A stretch of 64,000 nt of DNA from Candidatus Adlerbacteria bacterium (GTDB taxonomy: Bacteria; Patescibacteriota; Minisyncoccia; Phycocordibacterales; SBAW01), in assembly GCA_028286685.1 (NCBI GenBank), contig JAQBRA010000002.1, forward strand, positions 1,073 through 65,072. Direction: 5' to 3'. Shown here one piece after another: positions 35,678 to 44,971 of the stretch. Made by a program: the position numbers and the translations under genes. How positions within the stretch are numbered: position 1 is the first letter of the stretch; each line of letters opens with the position of its first letter. The notes below the pieces were generated by a model. That model saw only the letters and a program-made list of their open reading frames with translations, was not told the origin of the DNA and did not search any database.

Positions 35678-37438
35678 TTGCAACCCATGCGTATTACAAA
35701 AGCCGCGCTCGTCGCGACTCTATCCCTCAGTGTGCTACTGCCGACGTTCGCGTCGGCGCAGACAGCTTCGGTCTATTACCCGTTCAACAGTGCGGGCACG
35801 CTCTATCAAGCGAGCTCTGCCGAAAAAAGCCCCAGTTCCTACTTCTGGCTTAAAAGCGGCGCCAAACTCGTCATCAAAGATGGTGTGGGCAACACGATAC
35901 AAGGCGCCCTTCCCGCCGACGATCCGTGGAGAAAGACCTATGCATCGACCCTCGCCACGGCCTCCGACAATGGCGCGCACCCGCAGAACACCTTCCTCCT
36001 GCTAACCCGGGCCGCATACAAGAACACCTCCGCACAGATATATGTGCGCCGTACGGCCGACAACCTTACAAACCCGGCCAATCGACAGCCCTACAACGGC
36101 GAGTCGATCCTCGCGCGGTACCAGAGTGACGGAACCTTCTACTATGCCGGCATCCGAGCCGATGGCACGGTCGTCATCAAAAAGAAATTGAACGGCGCAT
36201 ACCAAACGCTCTCGCAGAAGAAGGTGCTCTCTGGCACGTATAACGCAAGTTCAAATCCTAACCTCATCCCTAAAAACACCTGGATAGGACTTAAGCTCAC
36301 GATTGAAGACACCAGCGCAGGCCCGCAACTTACCCTCTTTACCGATGTGAGTAAGACCGGCGCGTGGAGCAAGGCGCTCAGCGTTATCGACGACAAGGCG
36401 AAATTCGGCAGCCCTATCACGGGCGCGGGTGTCGTCGGCATCCAAACCGATTACGCGGACGCGCAGTTCGACGACTTCCTCTTCTCGGAGATAGCGGCAA
36501 CATCGACCCCAGCCCCGACGCCAGCACCCACACCTACCCCTACTCCCACCCCCACTCCGACCCCGACGCCAGCACCCACACCTACGCCGACGCCTACCCC
36601 CGCACAGGGATATGACGCTACCGTGCTCGGCGGCAAGCCAGTCATGTACCTTGCAATGAACTCGTTCAGCACGGGCAAAGAGTCGGACCTAAGCGGCCAT
36701 AACAACGCCGGCGCCTACAAAGGCGGCACGCCCACGACGGCCGCGCTCCCTAACGGGGAGACGGCAGCCAACTTCAACGGCTCGAGCCAGTACCTGACCG
36801 TGCCGTCGAACGCCTCGCTCTCGATCCCGACTACCGGCAAATTGACGTGGGAGGCGTGGATCCGGCCCGATACGTTCCAGTTTTCCAACGCCAGCAGCGA
36901 TGGCTATGTCGACTGGATGGGCAAATGCGCAAACTACTCGCCGACGTGCGAGTGGGAGGCGCGCATCTACGGCGCATCGACCGCACAAGGCCGCCCCAAC
37001 CGACTCTCAGCCTACGCGTTCAACCCATCGGCCGGTCTCGGGAGCGCGGCCGACTGGCAGCCGCAGGCGGGCCTCCTGCAGGCGGGCAAGTGGCTCCACG
37101 TGGTCGCAGAATACGACCTATCGACGACGCCATCTGGGTGCTCCTCCGCTTACCCCGGATCGATCAACATCTGGGTCAACGGCATCAAGCAGAACTTCGC
37201 CGCACATGCACCGACCGGATGCATGAGCCAGTACAAAATATCCCCCAAAGCCGGCAGTTCGCCGCTTACTATCGGGACGATGGCGCTCGACACCTGGTTT
37301 AAGGGTGCGGTCGGCAAGGTCGCCGTGTACAACCGACTGCTGACGCAGACTGAAATCAATGCGCACTTCACTGCAATGACAGGCGCCAATCCTTCCGGCT
37401 CGTGCGCATCCACCTGTACCGCCGCGCTCGTGCAGTAA
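35678..37438 (+). CDS. secreted two-domain protein: an unassigned N-terminal domain, a Pro-Thr linker, and a C-terminal LamG/concanavalin-like domain
   Basis: Signal peptide, then a domain paralogous to the 41769..42605 protein (shared HPQN.F.L.TR and YYAG.R.DG..VIKKK.NGAY.TL). A (TP)n linker follows, then a C-terminal domain with a LamG_3-like pattern. Confidence 0.55.
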   Translation: MQPMRITKAALVATLSLSVLLPTFASAQTASVYYPFNSAGTLYQASSAEKSPSSYFWLKSGAKLVIKDGVGNTIQGALPADDPWRKTYASTLATASDNGAHPQNTFLLLTRAAYKNTSAQIYVRRTADNLTNPANRQPYNGESILARYQSDGTFYYAGIRADGTVVIKKKLNGAYQTLSQKKVLSGTYNASSNPNLIPKNTWIGLKLTIEDTSAGPQLTLFTDVSKTGAWSKALSVIDDKAKFGSPITGAGVVGIQTDYADAQFDDFLFSEIAATSTPAPTPAPTPTPTPTPTPTPTPAPTPTPTPTPAQGYDATVLGGKPVMYLAMNSFSTGKESDLSGHNNAGAYKGGTPTTAALPNGETAANFNGSSQYLTVPSNASLSIPTTGKLTWEAWIRPDTFQFSNASSDGYVDWMGKCANYSPTCEWEARIYGASTAQGRPNRLSAYAFNPSAGLGSAADWQPQAGLLQAGKWLHVVAEYDLSTTPSGCSSAYPGSINIWVNGIKQNFAAHAPTGCMSQYKISPKAGSSPLTIGTMALDTWFKGAVGKVAVYNRLLTQTEINAHFTAMTGANPSGSCASTCTAALVQ

Positions 37439-37537
37439 GGTTACCGACCTAAAAATCGACTCATCCCCCGTTCAGCGCAGTGCAACAGGCCATGGTTCAC
37501 TATCAGTTCAGCGTACTACGGTACAGTACGCCGTGAT

Positions 37538-38923
37538 ATGGAAGCTCAATCTGCGACAGAGAGAATAGCGGGAAAGGACGACAAGAAAGGACCGAAATCC
37601 CGCATCGACAAGCCGCGGAACGGGCAGGAAGATGAGCACCCACCCCCTCGCCTACTGAACGTAGCAGTGGTCGGCGTCGGCTATGTCGGCCTACCGCTCG
37701 CGCTCCTGGCCCGCGCAAAGGGCTACCGGGTGCGGGGCATCGACATCGACGAGCGCAAGCGCGCAGCTGTGCGTGACGCAGCCGTGGCCGACCTGGACGC
37801 CTCCTTTACGGAGGCGTTGCGCGTGCAGCCCTTAGAGGTCTCAGGCCATTTCGGCCCGGTGCGCAGCGCGAACATTGTCATCGTATGCGTGCCGACCCCG
37901 GTCGACGACGAGCATAACCCGGACCTCTCCTTGATCGAGGGAGCTGCACGCCGCGTCGGGCGCAACCTGCACCAAGGCGCACTCGTCATACTGGAGTCGA
38001 CCGTGCATCCCGGCACCTGCGACGAGATCTTTATCCCCATTTTAGAGAAAGCGTCGGGCCTGCGCGCCGGAAAGGATTTCGGCGTAGCCCATTGCCCGGA
38101 ACGCATCAACCCGGGAGACAAGGTTTGGACGATAGAACGCATCCCCCGCGTCGTGGGCGCCACGACCGAAAAGGCGCTTAGCTTGGCGGCCAGCTTCTAC
38201 CGCTCGATACTCAGCGCGTCGGTCCATGAGATGGAGAGCATTAAAGAGGCCGAGGCGGTCAAGGTGGTTGAGAATTCCTTTAGGGACATTAACATTGCCT
38301 TCGTCAACGAGCTCGCGATGTCCTTCAGCAAGCTTGGCATCGACGTCAGCCACGTGCTGAGCGGCGCCGCGACGAAGCCTTTCGGCTTCCTGCTCCATCA
38401 GCCGGGGTGCGGTGTTGGAGGGCATTGCATACCGGTCGACCCGTACTACCTTATACGGTACGCCAAGCGCAACGGATTTTCGCACCGCTTCCTGTCGCTC
38501 GCACGCACGATAAACGAAGGCATGCCCGCATATACAGTCTCGCTCGTCGAGACAGGCCTGCACTCGCTCGGACGCACGTTGAGCAACTCGAGCGTGGCGC
38601 TCTTGGGCCTCTCTTATAAAGCCAACGTAAGCGACCTGCGCGAGAGCCCGTCGTTCGAGATTAAGGAACTGCTTGAGAGTAAGGGGGCACGGGTGCGCAC
38701 CTTCGACGAGCATGCGCCCGACCGATCGACGACGCACTCGCTCGCCGAGGCGCTCGACGGGGCCGATGCCGCAATAGTCGCGACCGCCCATGCGGAGTTC
38801 GCTGGACTGCCCCCCTCGGTGTTCGCCTCGCGCGGCGTGCGCGTGGTGGTCGACGGACGCAACTGCCTCCAAAAGGAGCAGTACCTGCGGGCGGGCATCC
38901 TTTACCGCGGCATAGGCCGCTAA
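37538..38923 (+). CDS. nucleotide-sugar dehydrogenase (UDP-glucose/GDP-mannose dehydrogenase family)
   Basis: Rossmann motif VAVVGVGYVGLPLA. The catalytic Cys region GGHCIPVDP is present. 461 aa. Confidence 0.8.
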   Translation: MEAQSATERIAGKDDKKGPKSRIDKPRNGQEDEHPPPRLLNVAVVGVGYVGLPLALLARAKGYRVRGIDIDERKRAAVRDAAVADLDASFTEALRVQPLEVSGHFGPVRSANIVIVCVPTPVDDEHNPDLSLIEGAARRVGRNLHQGALVILESTVHPGTCDEIFIPILEKASGLRAGKDFGVAHCPERINPGDKVWTIERIPRVVGATTEKALSLAASFYRSILSASVHEMESIKEAEAVKVVENSFRDINIAFVNELAMSFSKLGIDVSHVLSGAATKPFGFLLHQPGCGVGGHCIPVDPYYLIRYAKRNGFSHRFLSLARTINEGMPAYTVSLVETGLHSLGRTLSNSSVALLGLSYKANVSDLRESPSFEIKELLESKGARVRTFDEHAPDRSTTHSLAEALDGADAAIVATAHAEFAGLPPSVFASRGVRVVVDGRNCLQKEQYLRAGILYRGIGR

Positions 38924-38927
38924 GGCA

Positions 38928-40211
38928 ATGGAACCACTACCCACGCAGCGACGGCTCGCATTCCTGCAGGACGCAGGGCCCCTGTTTATGTTCTTCCTCG
39001 TGGTTTACTTCATCATCATTCTGAAGACCGCGACTGTCTCCTCCATCGTCGACCACTGGTTCTTTGGCTTATACAGTCTGCTCATCACGACCTACATCCT
39101 CTCACGCTTCCTGCTGTCGCATTTCCATGTAGTGCCCCGCGCGGACCCCGCCTACCGCCCGACCGTCACTTTCGTGGTGCCGGCCAAGAACGAGGAGGAC
39201 AACATACGCGAGACTATGCGCAAGTTCAGCGAGGTCGACTACCCGCCCGAACTTATCGAGGTGATAGCTATCAACGACGGCTCCACCGACCGGACGCTTG
39301 AGGAGATGCGCGCAGCTGCGCTTGAGATACGTGCGCGCATCGCGCGCGTCGAGGTTATCCACTGGGGCCACAATCGCGGCAAGCGCCACGGCATGGCGGA
39401 AGGAGTACAGCGCGCGCGGCACGAAATCATCATCTTCATCGACTCCGACAGCTTCATCGAGCCCGACTGCGTCACCCACCTGGTAAAGTACTTCGCCGAC
39501 CCGGCAGTCGGCGCGGTCTCGGGGCATACCGACGTCCACAACGACCAGGCAAACTTCCTCACCCGCATGCAGGCCATACGCTACTACCTGGCGTTCCGAG
39601 TCTACAAGGCGGCGGAGTCGGTATTCGGCGCGGTAACCTGCTGCCCAGGCTGCTGCAGTGCATACAAGCGCGCCTACCTTATACCCATACTCGACGAGTG
39701 GCTTACCCAGCGCTTTTTGGGCGGCCAGTGCACCTTTGGCGACGACCGCTCGCTCACCAACTTTATCCTGCGGAAATTCGAGGCGGTCTATGCGCCCGAG
39801 GCGCGAGCGCGCACCGTCGTGCCCGAGAAGTTCGCCACGTACGTGCGCCAGCAACAGCGCTGGAAAAAGTCGTGGATACGCGAGACTTTTATCGCATGCG
39901 GATTTATGTGGCGCAAGCATCCGCTCGCGGCGATATCCTTCTATACGTACGTTTTTTTGGCGTTCGCCTCTCCTATCGTGTTTGCCCGCGCGATGATCTG
40001 GCATCCGCTTACGACCGCAAGCGTGCCGCTTGTGTACCTCGCGGGACTCTTCCTCATGCTCATGCTGCACGGGCTCTACTACCGCCTGTACATGGGCCCG
40101 CGAGCGTGGCTCACGGGGATAATGAGCTTTTGGTTTAATTCCGTGGTGCTTATGTGGCAGCTCCCTTGGGCACTCATCACGCTCAAGGACTCCCGCTGGG
40201 GCACCCGTTAA
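38928..40211 (+). CDS. processive family-2 glycosyltransferase of the HasA/NodC/chitin-synthase type (hyaluronan-synthase-like)
   Basis: Blocks GKRHGMAEG, DSDSFIEPD, LTRMQAIRY, CPGCCSAYKR, GDDRSLTNF, QQQRWKKSWIRE and SRWGTR align with the HasA/NodC signature motifs. The protein has multiple TM helices. Confidence 0.75.
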   Translation: MEPLPTQRRLAFLQDAGPLFMFFLVVYFIIILKTATVSSIVDHWFFGLYSLLITTYILSRFLLSHFHVVPRADPAYRPTVTFVVPAKNEEDNIRETMRKFSEVDYPPELIEVIAINDGSTDRTLEEMRAAALEIRARIARVEVIHWGHNRGKRHGMAEGVQRARHEIIIFIDSDSFIEPDCVTHLVKYFADPAVGAVSGHTDVHNDQANFLTRMQAIRYYLAFRVYKAAESVFGAVTCCPGCCSAYKRAYLIPILDEWLTQRFLGGQCTFGDDRSLTNFILRKFEAVYAPEARARTVVPEKFATYVRQQQRWKKSWIRETFIACGFMWRKHPLAAISFYTYVFLAFASPIVFARAMIWHPLTTASVPLVYLAGLFLMLMLHGLYYRLYMGPRAWLTGIMSFWFNSVVLMWQLPWALITLKDSRWGTR

Positions 40212-40216
40212 CTCCC

Positions 40217-41767
40217 ATGAGATTCGCACGATTTTCACTGCAAAGGCTCGGCCCGATAGTTTTTGCGGGAGTACTGCTCATGGTCGCGACTGTCTCGACG
40301 TTCACCTGGAAGAGCGCCCACTACGGGCAGACGCCGTTCTTCAACTGGCTGGTCCTCATGGTCGAAGAACGCACGGTAGCGGCGGCGTTCAATGGGTGGC
40401 ACTCCCTCGGCGATCTGTCAGCGCTCCTGGCGCCAAAAAAGACACAGGCGCAGCTCGCGAGAGCTGTCCCCGTGCTGGCCTATCACCGCCTGACGCTCAC
40501 CGAGGAGGCCGGCCAGCTTCCGGTGGCGCGCTTCATGGACCAGATGGAGACGCTGCACCGCGCCGGCTGGCACACCGCCACACTCGAGGAGTACCGGCAG
40601 TTCGTGCAGGGCACGCGCACGCTCCCCGAGCGCACCTTTCTCCTGACGTTCGACGACGGGGCGCAGCAGAGCTACTACCCCGTCGACCCCATACTCAAGA
40701 CGCTCGGTTACAGCGCGGTACAGTACGTCATCGTATCCGCCAGCGAAACGCCCAAAAGCATCTACTACCTATCGCCCGAGCAGATAAGCGCCATGCTCTC
40801 AACCGGGCGCTGGGAGATAGGCTCGCACTCCTTTGACGCACACCACACCTACCCCACCGACCCCGCAGGCGGGACCGGCATCTTTTATACCGACAAACTC
40901 TGGATGCCCACGCAAGGGCGCCTGGAGACCGACGCGGAGTTCCTCGCGCGCGTGCACGACGATCTCTTGCGCGCGCGCCAGGCGCTCGAAGCGCGCTACG
41001 GCGTAACAGTCGACACGTTTGCCGTCCCCTTTGGCGGAGAGACCGGACACCGCGCGGCGGACAACTACGCCGGTGGCAGCGATATAACGCTCGCGGAAGC
41101 GCGCAGGCTCTACGACTTCGTGTGGCTGCAGACCGACCGGCGCGACTTTACCTTCAATTACCCCAGCTACCCCTCTATACTCGGCAGGCGCATACACGTC
41201 GACTACGACTGGGAAGGCGAGACGCTCAAGACATTTATGGAGGGTGGAGTCCCCAAGGCGCTGCCATATAGGGATAACTTTGCCGTCGACAGCGGCTGGC
41301 GGCACTCCTGGGGCAGCGTCCAGCCCATCGGGTCGCTCGAGCTCGGTGCGGGCCCGCAGGATACCAGCGCGGGGAGCGTGCTGGACGGGAGTCTCTTGTG
41401 GAGCGCGTACCAAGCGGAGGCGACGGTCAATTGGGAACACGGGTACGCGGTGATCATGGGCGCGGTGCGCGACGCCCACACATACCGGTCGTGCTCGTTC
41501 TCTCCCGGCGAGGTCGAAATACACGACACCAGCGGCACCAGCATCATCCCGCTTGCCAAGCGCGCGGAGTCTGAGATCCAATACGGACAGGGGGTCAAGC
41601 TGGGTATCCGCGTGGAAGATGCCGCTATCTCCTGCTTGTACAACGGCCATGTCCTGCTCTCCGCGCCGACTGGCCGCAACGAGGGCGGCGTCGGCATACA
41701 GACTTGGGCGCCTGAACCAGGCACGGCGAGCCTCCTGGTGACCAATTTTCTCGCAGACCCGCTGTAA
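40217..41767 (+). CDS. membrane-anchored polysaccharide deacetylase (CE4/NodB domain) with a C-terminal beta-rich domain
   Basis: NodB blocks FLLTFDDGAQQSY, RWEIGSHSFDAHH and FAVPFGGETGH. The start was set at MRFARFSL, which overlaps the GT2 stop. Confidence 0.7.
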   Translation: MRFARFSLQRLGPIVFAGVLLMVATVSTFTWKSAHYGQTPFFNWLVLMVEERTVAAAFNGWHSLGDLSALLAPKKTQAQLARAVPVLAYHRLTLTEEAGQLPVARFMDQMETLHRAGWHTATLEEYRQFVQGTRTLPERTFLLTFDDGAQQSYYPVDPILKTLGYSAVQYVIVSASETPKSIYYLSPEQISAMLSTGRWEIGSHSFDAHHTYPTDPAGGTGIFYTDKLWMPTQGRLETDAEFLARVHDDLLRARQALEARYGVTVDTFAVPFGGETGHRAADNYAGGSDITLAEARRLYDFVWLQTDRRDFTFNYPSYPSILGRRIHVDYDWEGETLKTFMEGGVPKALPYRDNFAVDSGWRHSWGSVQPIGSLELGAGPQDTSAGSVLDGSLLWSAYQAEATVNWEHGYAVIMGAVRDAHTYRSCSFSPGEVEIHDTSGTSIIPLAKRAESEIQYGQGVKLGIRVEDAAISCLYNGHVLLSAPTGRNEGGVGIQTWAPEPGTASLLVTNFLADPL

Positions 41768-41768
41768 C

Positions 41769-42605
41769 ATGCTTATGCAGTTCTATGGCGTACTATCGGC
41801 GATGATCCTTTTAGCCGCAGTGGCGCTCCTTTTTGGCGCGGATCGAGTCGGCACGCCCGTGGCTACGGTCGCCTCGCCGTATGTCTACTTGTTCGGAGGG
41901 AACGGCGCACTGGAAGAGGCCAGGAATACGTCCAGGACCGCGAGCCCCTACTGGTGGCTAAACTCCGGCGGCAGAATCGAGATTGCCGGCTCCCTGGGCA
42001 GCACGATGCAGGGCGACGCGCCGCAAGGTGACCGATGGCGCACGGCCTACGCCGCCTCCAACCCGACCGATACCGACCAGGGTCTCCATCCGCAGAACAT
42101 CTTCCGTCTCGTGACGCGCAGCCTGTGGGGAGACGCGAGCCAGGAGGTCGAGCTGCGCCTGGTTGCCGACCAGAAGAGCCAAAGCCCTAATCGCAACGCG
42201 TCGAACGGGCTCTTTCTTATGAGCCGGTACGTGGACGGCGATACGCTTTACTACGCGGGCCTGCGCGTCGACGGCATGGCCGTGATAAAGAAAAAATACA
42301 ACGGCGCGTATTATACGCTTGCCGAGGCGCCGGCCTTCCCCGGCGCCTACGACCGCGACAAAAACCCCAATCTCCTGCCGCACGGGGAATGGCTCTCGAT
42401 ACGGTCCGAGACCGCGCATACTGACGGCGGCATCGCCATACGCCTATACCTGAAGCGGGAGTCGGACACCAATTGGCTGAAGCTCCTCGAGGCGATTGAC
42501 CGCGGCCAGAGCGGGACGCCCGCCATCAGGGGCCGCGGGCGCGGCGGCATCCGCACCGACTTTATGGACGTGCAGTTCCGCTCGTACCGGATGGAAAATT
42601 TGTGA
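41769..42605 (+). CDS. secreted protein paralogous to the N-terminal domain of the 35678..37438 protein
   Basis: YWWLNSGGRIEI...HPQNIFRLVTRS...YYAGLRVDGMAVIKKKYNGAYYTL parallels the upstream paralog. Confidence 0.5.
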   Translation: MLMQFYGVLSAMILLAAVALLFGADRVGTPVATVASPYVYLFGGNGALEEARNTSRTASPYWWLNSGGRIEIAGSLGSTMQGDAPQGDRWRTAYAASNPTDTDQGLHPQNIFRLVTRSLWGDASQEVELRLVADQKSQSPNRNASNGLFLMSRYVDGDTLYYAGLRVDGMAVIKKKYNGAYYTLAEAPAFPGAYDRDKNPNLLPHGEWLSIRSETAHTDGGIAIRLYLKRESDTNWLKLLEAIDRGQSGTPAIRGRGRGGIRTDFMDVQFRSYRMENL

Positions 42606-42762
42606 CCCAAGTGGGAGAAAACTGGAACAACTTCTTTTAGAGCTAGGGGCTTGGTATGCCTTTGGGCGGGCTCTAGAGGCCGAGCGGGTCTAGTACTGAT
42701 ATTGGGGATTAGAAATGAAGAAGTCCCGTGAGAAGTGCGTGACTTCTCCGGGACTTTATCTC

Positions 42763-43200
42763 TTACTCCTTCTTCGGGTATGTTTTGTGTATTTCAAGAT
42801 ACTTCTCTTCCGTTGACGGCAAACCAGCGCAAGTAAAAGCATCTGTGATACTTATCCGGCTCTCAAACAGAAAGCCGAGTTCTGCCATTTCAAACAAGGT
42901 TTGTAGGTCGATGCCCTTGCCGCTCCATTCCTCCGTCTTAATGTAGACAGTCACGTCTTCCTTGTGATAGTAATACTCGATTTCAGTGACTTTCGCCTCT
43001 GAGAAACGAGCAATTGAGTTGAAGGCAATTTCCTTCCCTTCAGCAGGAATAGCATTCACTGGCCAAGGAAGATAGAAAAGCGATGGGTGCGACGGGGAGT
43101 GCAGCCGCACTGCAGTCGCATACTCTTCAGGTAGATCCCAGTCATCCGCAGCAGTAGGAATTTCTACTAAGGCGACGGCTGGCGGTGCCAAGTAGTTCAT
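42763..43200 (-). CDS. hypothetical protein (low-GC ORFan) next to the tRNA-Glu/tRNA-Ser pair
   Basis: 145-aa ORF, visibly AT-richer than its surroundings. No recognisable motif. Confidence 0.35.
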   Translation of the reverse strand: MNYLAPPAVALVEIPTAADDWDLPEEYATAVRLHSPSHPSLFYLPWPVNAIPAEGKEIAFNSIARFSEAKVTEIEYYYHKEDVTVYIKTEEWSGKGIDLQTLFEMAELGFLFESRISITDAFTCAGLPSTEEKYLEIHKTYPKKE

Positions 43201-43291
43201 ACGACCCTCCTCTTAGATGTTTTTCATCGACGAAAAACTATCGATGTATCCGCAGGCAAAATAACACACTATTTTATTTAAATCAACTCTG

Positions 43292-43363
43292 TGACCCCAC
43301 CGGGAATCGAACCCGGATTAACGGCTTGAAAAGCCGGCGTCCTAACCGTTAGACGATGGGGCC
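43292..43363 (-). tRNA. tRNA-Glu (TTC)
   Basis: Reverse complement reads GGCCCCATCGTCTAACGGTTAGGACGCCGGCTTTTCAAGCCGTTAATCCGGGTTCGATTCCCGGTGGGGTCA. Confidence 0.7.
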
Positions 43364-43390
43364 GCATGCCCGGGGCTTTAACCCTGGGCT

Positions 43391-43480
43391 TGGCGGAGGA
43401 GGTGAGATTCGAACTCACGGTGGAGTTTCCCCCACGCCACATTTCGAGTGTGGTGCCTTCGACCACTCAGCCACTCCTCC
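43391..43480 (-). tRNA. tRNA-Ser (CGA), class II, with CCA encoded
   Basis: Reverse complement reads GGAGGAGTGGCTGAGTGGTCGAAGGCACCACACTCGAAATGTGG...GTGAGTTCGAATCTCACCTCCTCCGCCA. Confidence 0.75.
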
Positions 43481-43551
43481 GTACCACGCAAAATAACACT
43501 TTTTTAACCTCTTTGCTATACTGGCTGCATTAGCCGCTTACCTGCATATAT

Positions 43552-43974
43552 ATGAACCGAGTAGTACATTTTGAGATACAGGCAGACGATCTGGACCGTG
43601 CGCAGAAGTTTTATGAGACAGCATTCGGCTGGACCTTCCAGCAGATGGGTCCCGAATACGGCAATTACCGAGTTATTACGACCGGCCCTGGCCCGGACGA
43701 AATGGCCGAAGGGGTCAAGATGGAAGACCTGGGCATTAACGGCGGAATGATGAAGCGCAACGCTCCGCTGCCCGCGGACGGCATGTCTCCCAACGCATTT
43801 ACCAGTGTTATGGGCGTGGGCGATATTGAGTCGATAATGCCTAAGATAGAGGCGGCAGGAGGCAAACCCCAGACCGACCTTATGGATGTGCCGAATGTCG
43901 GAAAGATCCGCTACTACAAGGATACCGAGGGCAATCTTTTTGGGATCATACAGCCGACAATGCGGGCGGCATAA
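43552..43974 (+). CDS. VOC (glyoxalase/bleomycin-resistance fold) family protein
   Basis: VVHFEIQADDLDRAQKFYETAFGW ... GNLFGIIQ, typical of VOC/Glo_EDI_BRP-like proteins. Confidence 0.6.
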   Translation: MNRVVHFEIQADDLDRAQKFYETAFGWTFQQMGPEYGNYRVITTGPGPDEMAEGVKMEDLGINGGMMKRNAPLPADGMSPNAFTSVMGVGDIESIMPKIEAAGGKPQTDLMDVPNVGKIRYYKDTEGNLFGIIQPTMRAA

Positions 43975-44015
43975 TAATTGAAAAAAGCTCCAAAATGCGC
44001 TAAGGTTTTGGAGAT

Positions 44016-44088
44016 GCGCGGTTAGCTCAGTTGGTAGAGCATCCCCTTGACGTGGGGAGGGTCGCAGGTTCAAGTCCTGCACCGCGCA
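44016..44088 (+). tRNA. tRNA-Val (GAC)
   Basis: GCGCGGTTAGCTCAGTTGGTAGAGCATCCCCTTGACGTGGGGAGGGTCGCAGGTTCAAGTCCTGCACCGCGCA. Confidence 0.8.
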
Positions 44089-44091
44089 CAA

Positions 44092-44934
44092 ATGAAAGAC
44101 ATAGTCGTTTTATATCATCGCAACTGCCCGGACGGGTTTACGAGCGCCTATTGCGCTTGGAAAAAGTTTGGCGACCAGGCTGACTATATTGCCATGTCTC
44201 ATGGCCAAGAGCCGCCCCAAGGGCTTGAAGGCAAGGAAGTGTACTGCATCGACTACAGCTTTAAGAAAGACATCCTTCTTGATCTGGAGAAAAAGGTTAA
44301 GCGCCTGATAGTGCTCGATCACCACATGGGCGCCCGCGAGGCCGTCGAGGCCGTGCACGAGCACGTGTTTGATAACGACCGCTCCGGTGCCGGCATTGCA
44401 TGGCGATACTTCCATCCGGACGCGAGCGTGCCCCGGCTTGTCGACTACGTCGAGGATAACGATATAAATAAAAACAGCCTGACAAACATACGGGAAATAA
44501 CCACATTTATAAGCATCCAACCTTTCGACTTTAGCCACTTCGACAAGCTTGCGCAGAACATAGAGACCGAAGACGGCTTTAAAAATATTGTCGCGCAAGG
44601 CGGCGCCTATCTCGCCTACCTCGCAAGCCTGTGCGACTACTTGGCAACCAAGGCAGAGGAGGTAGAAATTGACGGACATCGCGTATTTGCCGTAAACGTC
44701 CAGGGCTCGCAGCTGGTGCGCGATGAGATCGGCCACAGGCTCTCGGCGCAAAAAGGCAGGCCGTTCGCCATCATCTGGTGCGAGGACTCGAAAGGCCGGG
44801 GCTTTTCCCTGCGCGGCGACGGCAGCGTAGACCTGTCCCTGCTGGCGCAAAAATACGGCGGCAACGGCCACAAAGGCGCCGCAAGCTTCAGGCTGCCGCA
44901 CGGCAACTCCCTCCCTTTTACGTACCTTGAATAA
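44092..44934 (+). CDS. DHH-family phosphoesterase (NrnA-like nanoRNase/pAp phosphatase; DHH plus DHHA1 domains)
   Basis: The DHH motif region VLDHHMG and the DHHA1 GGGH-like block YGGNGHKGAASF are present. The start was moved downstream of tRNA-Val, to the internal Met MKDIVVLYHRNCPDG. Confidence 0.65.
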   Translation: MKDIVVLYHRNCPDGFTSAYCAWKKFGDQADYIAMSHGQEPPQGLEGKEVYCIDYSFKKDILLDLEKKVKRLIVLDHHMGAREAVEAVHEHVFDNDRSGAGIAWRYFHPDASVPRLVDYVEDNDINKNSLTNIREITTFISIQPFDFSHFDKLAQNIETEDGFKNIVAQGGAYLAYLASLCDYLATKAEEVEIDGHRVFAVNVQGSQLVRDEIGHRLSAQKGRPFAIIWCEDSKGRGFSLRGDGSVDLSLLAQKYGGNGHKGAASFRLPHGNSLPFTYLE

Positions 44935-44971
44935 AGAAAGAGCGCCGACCCGAAGGTCGGCGCATTTTTTG

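Noticed and set aside
43201-43291. Additional copies of the conserved element next to the other tRNAs (Glu, Ser, Val, Phe, Arg, Leu-TAG, Ser-GGA)
   Set aside because: I read the 3' flanks of each by eye and found no GCGAGGCAGGG / GAACGCCTG blocks. The search was by eye only and should be repeated computationally.
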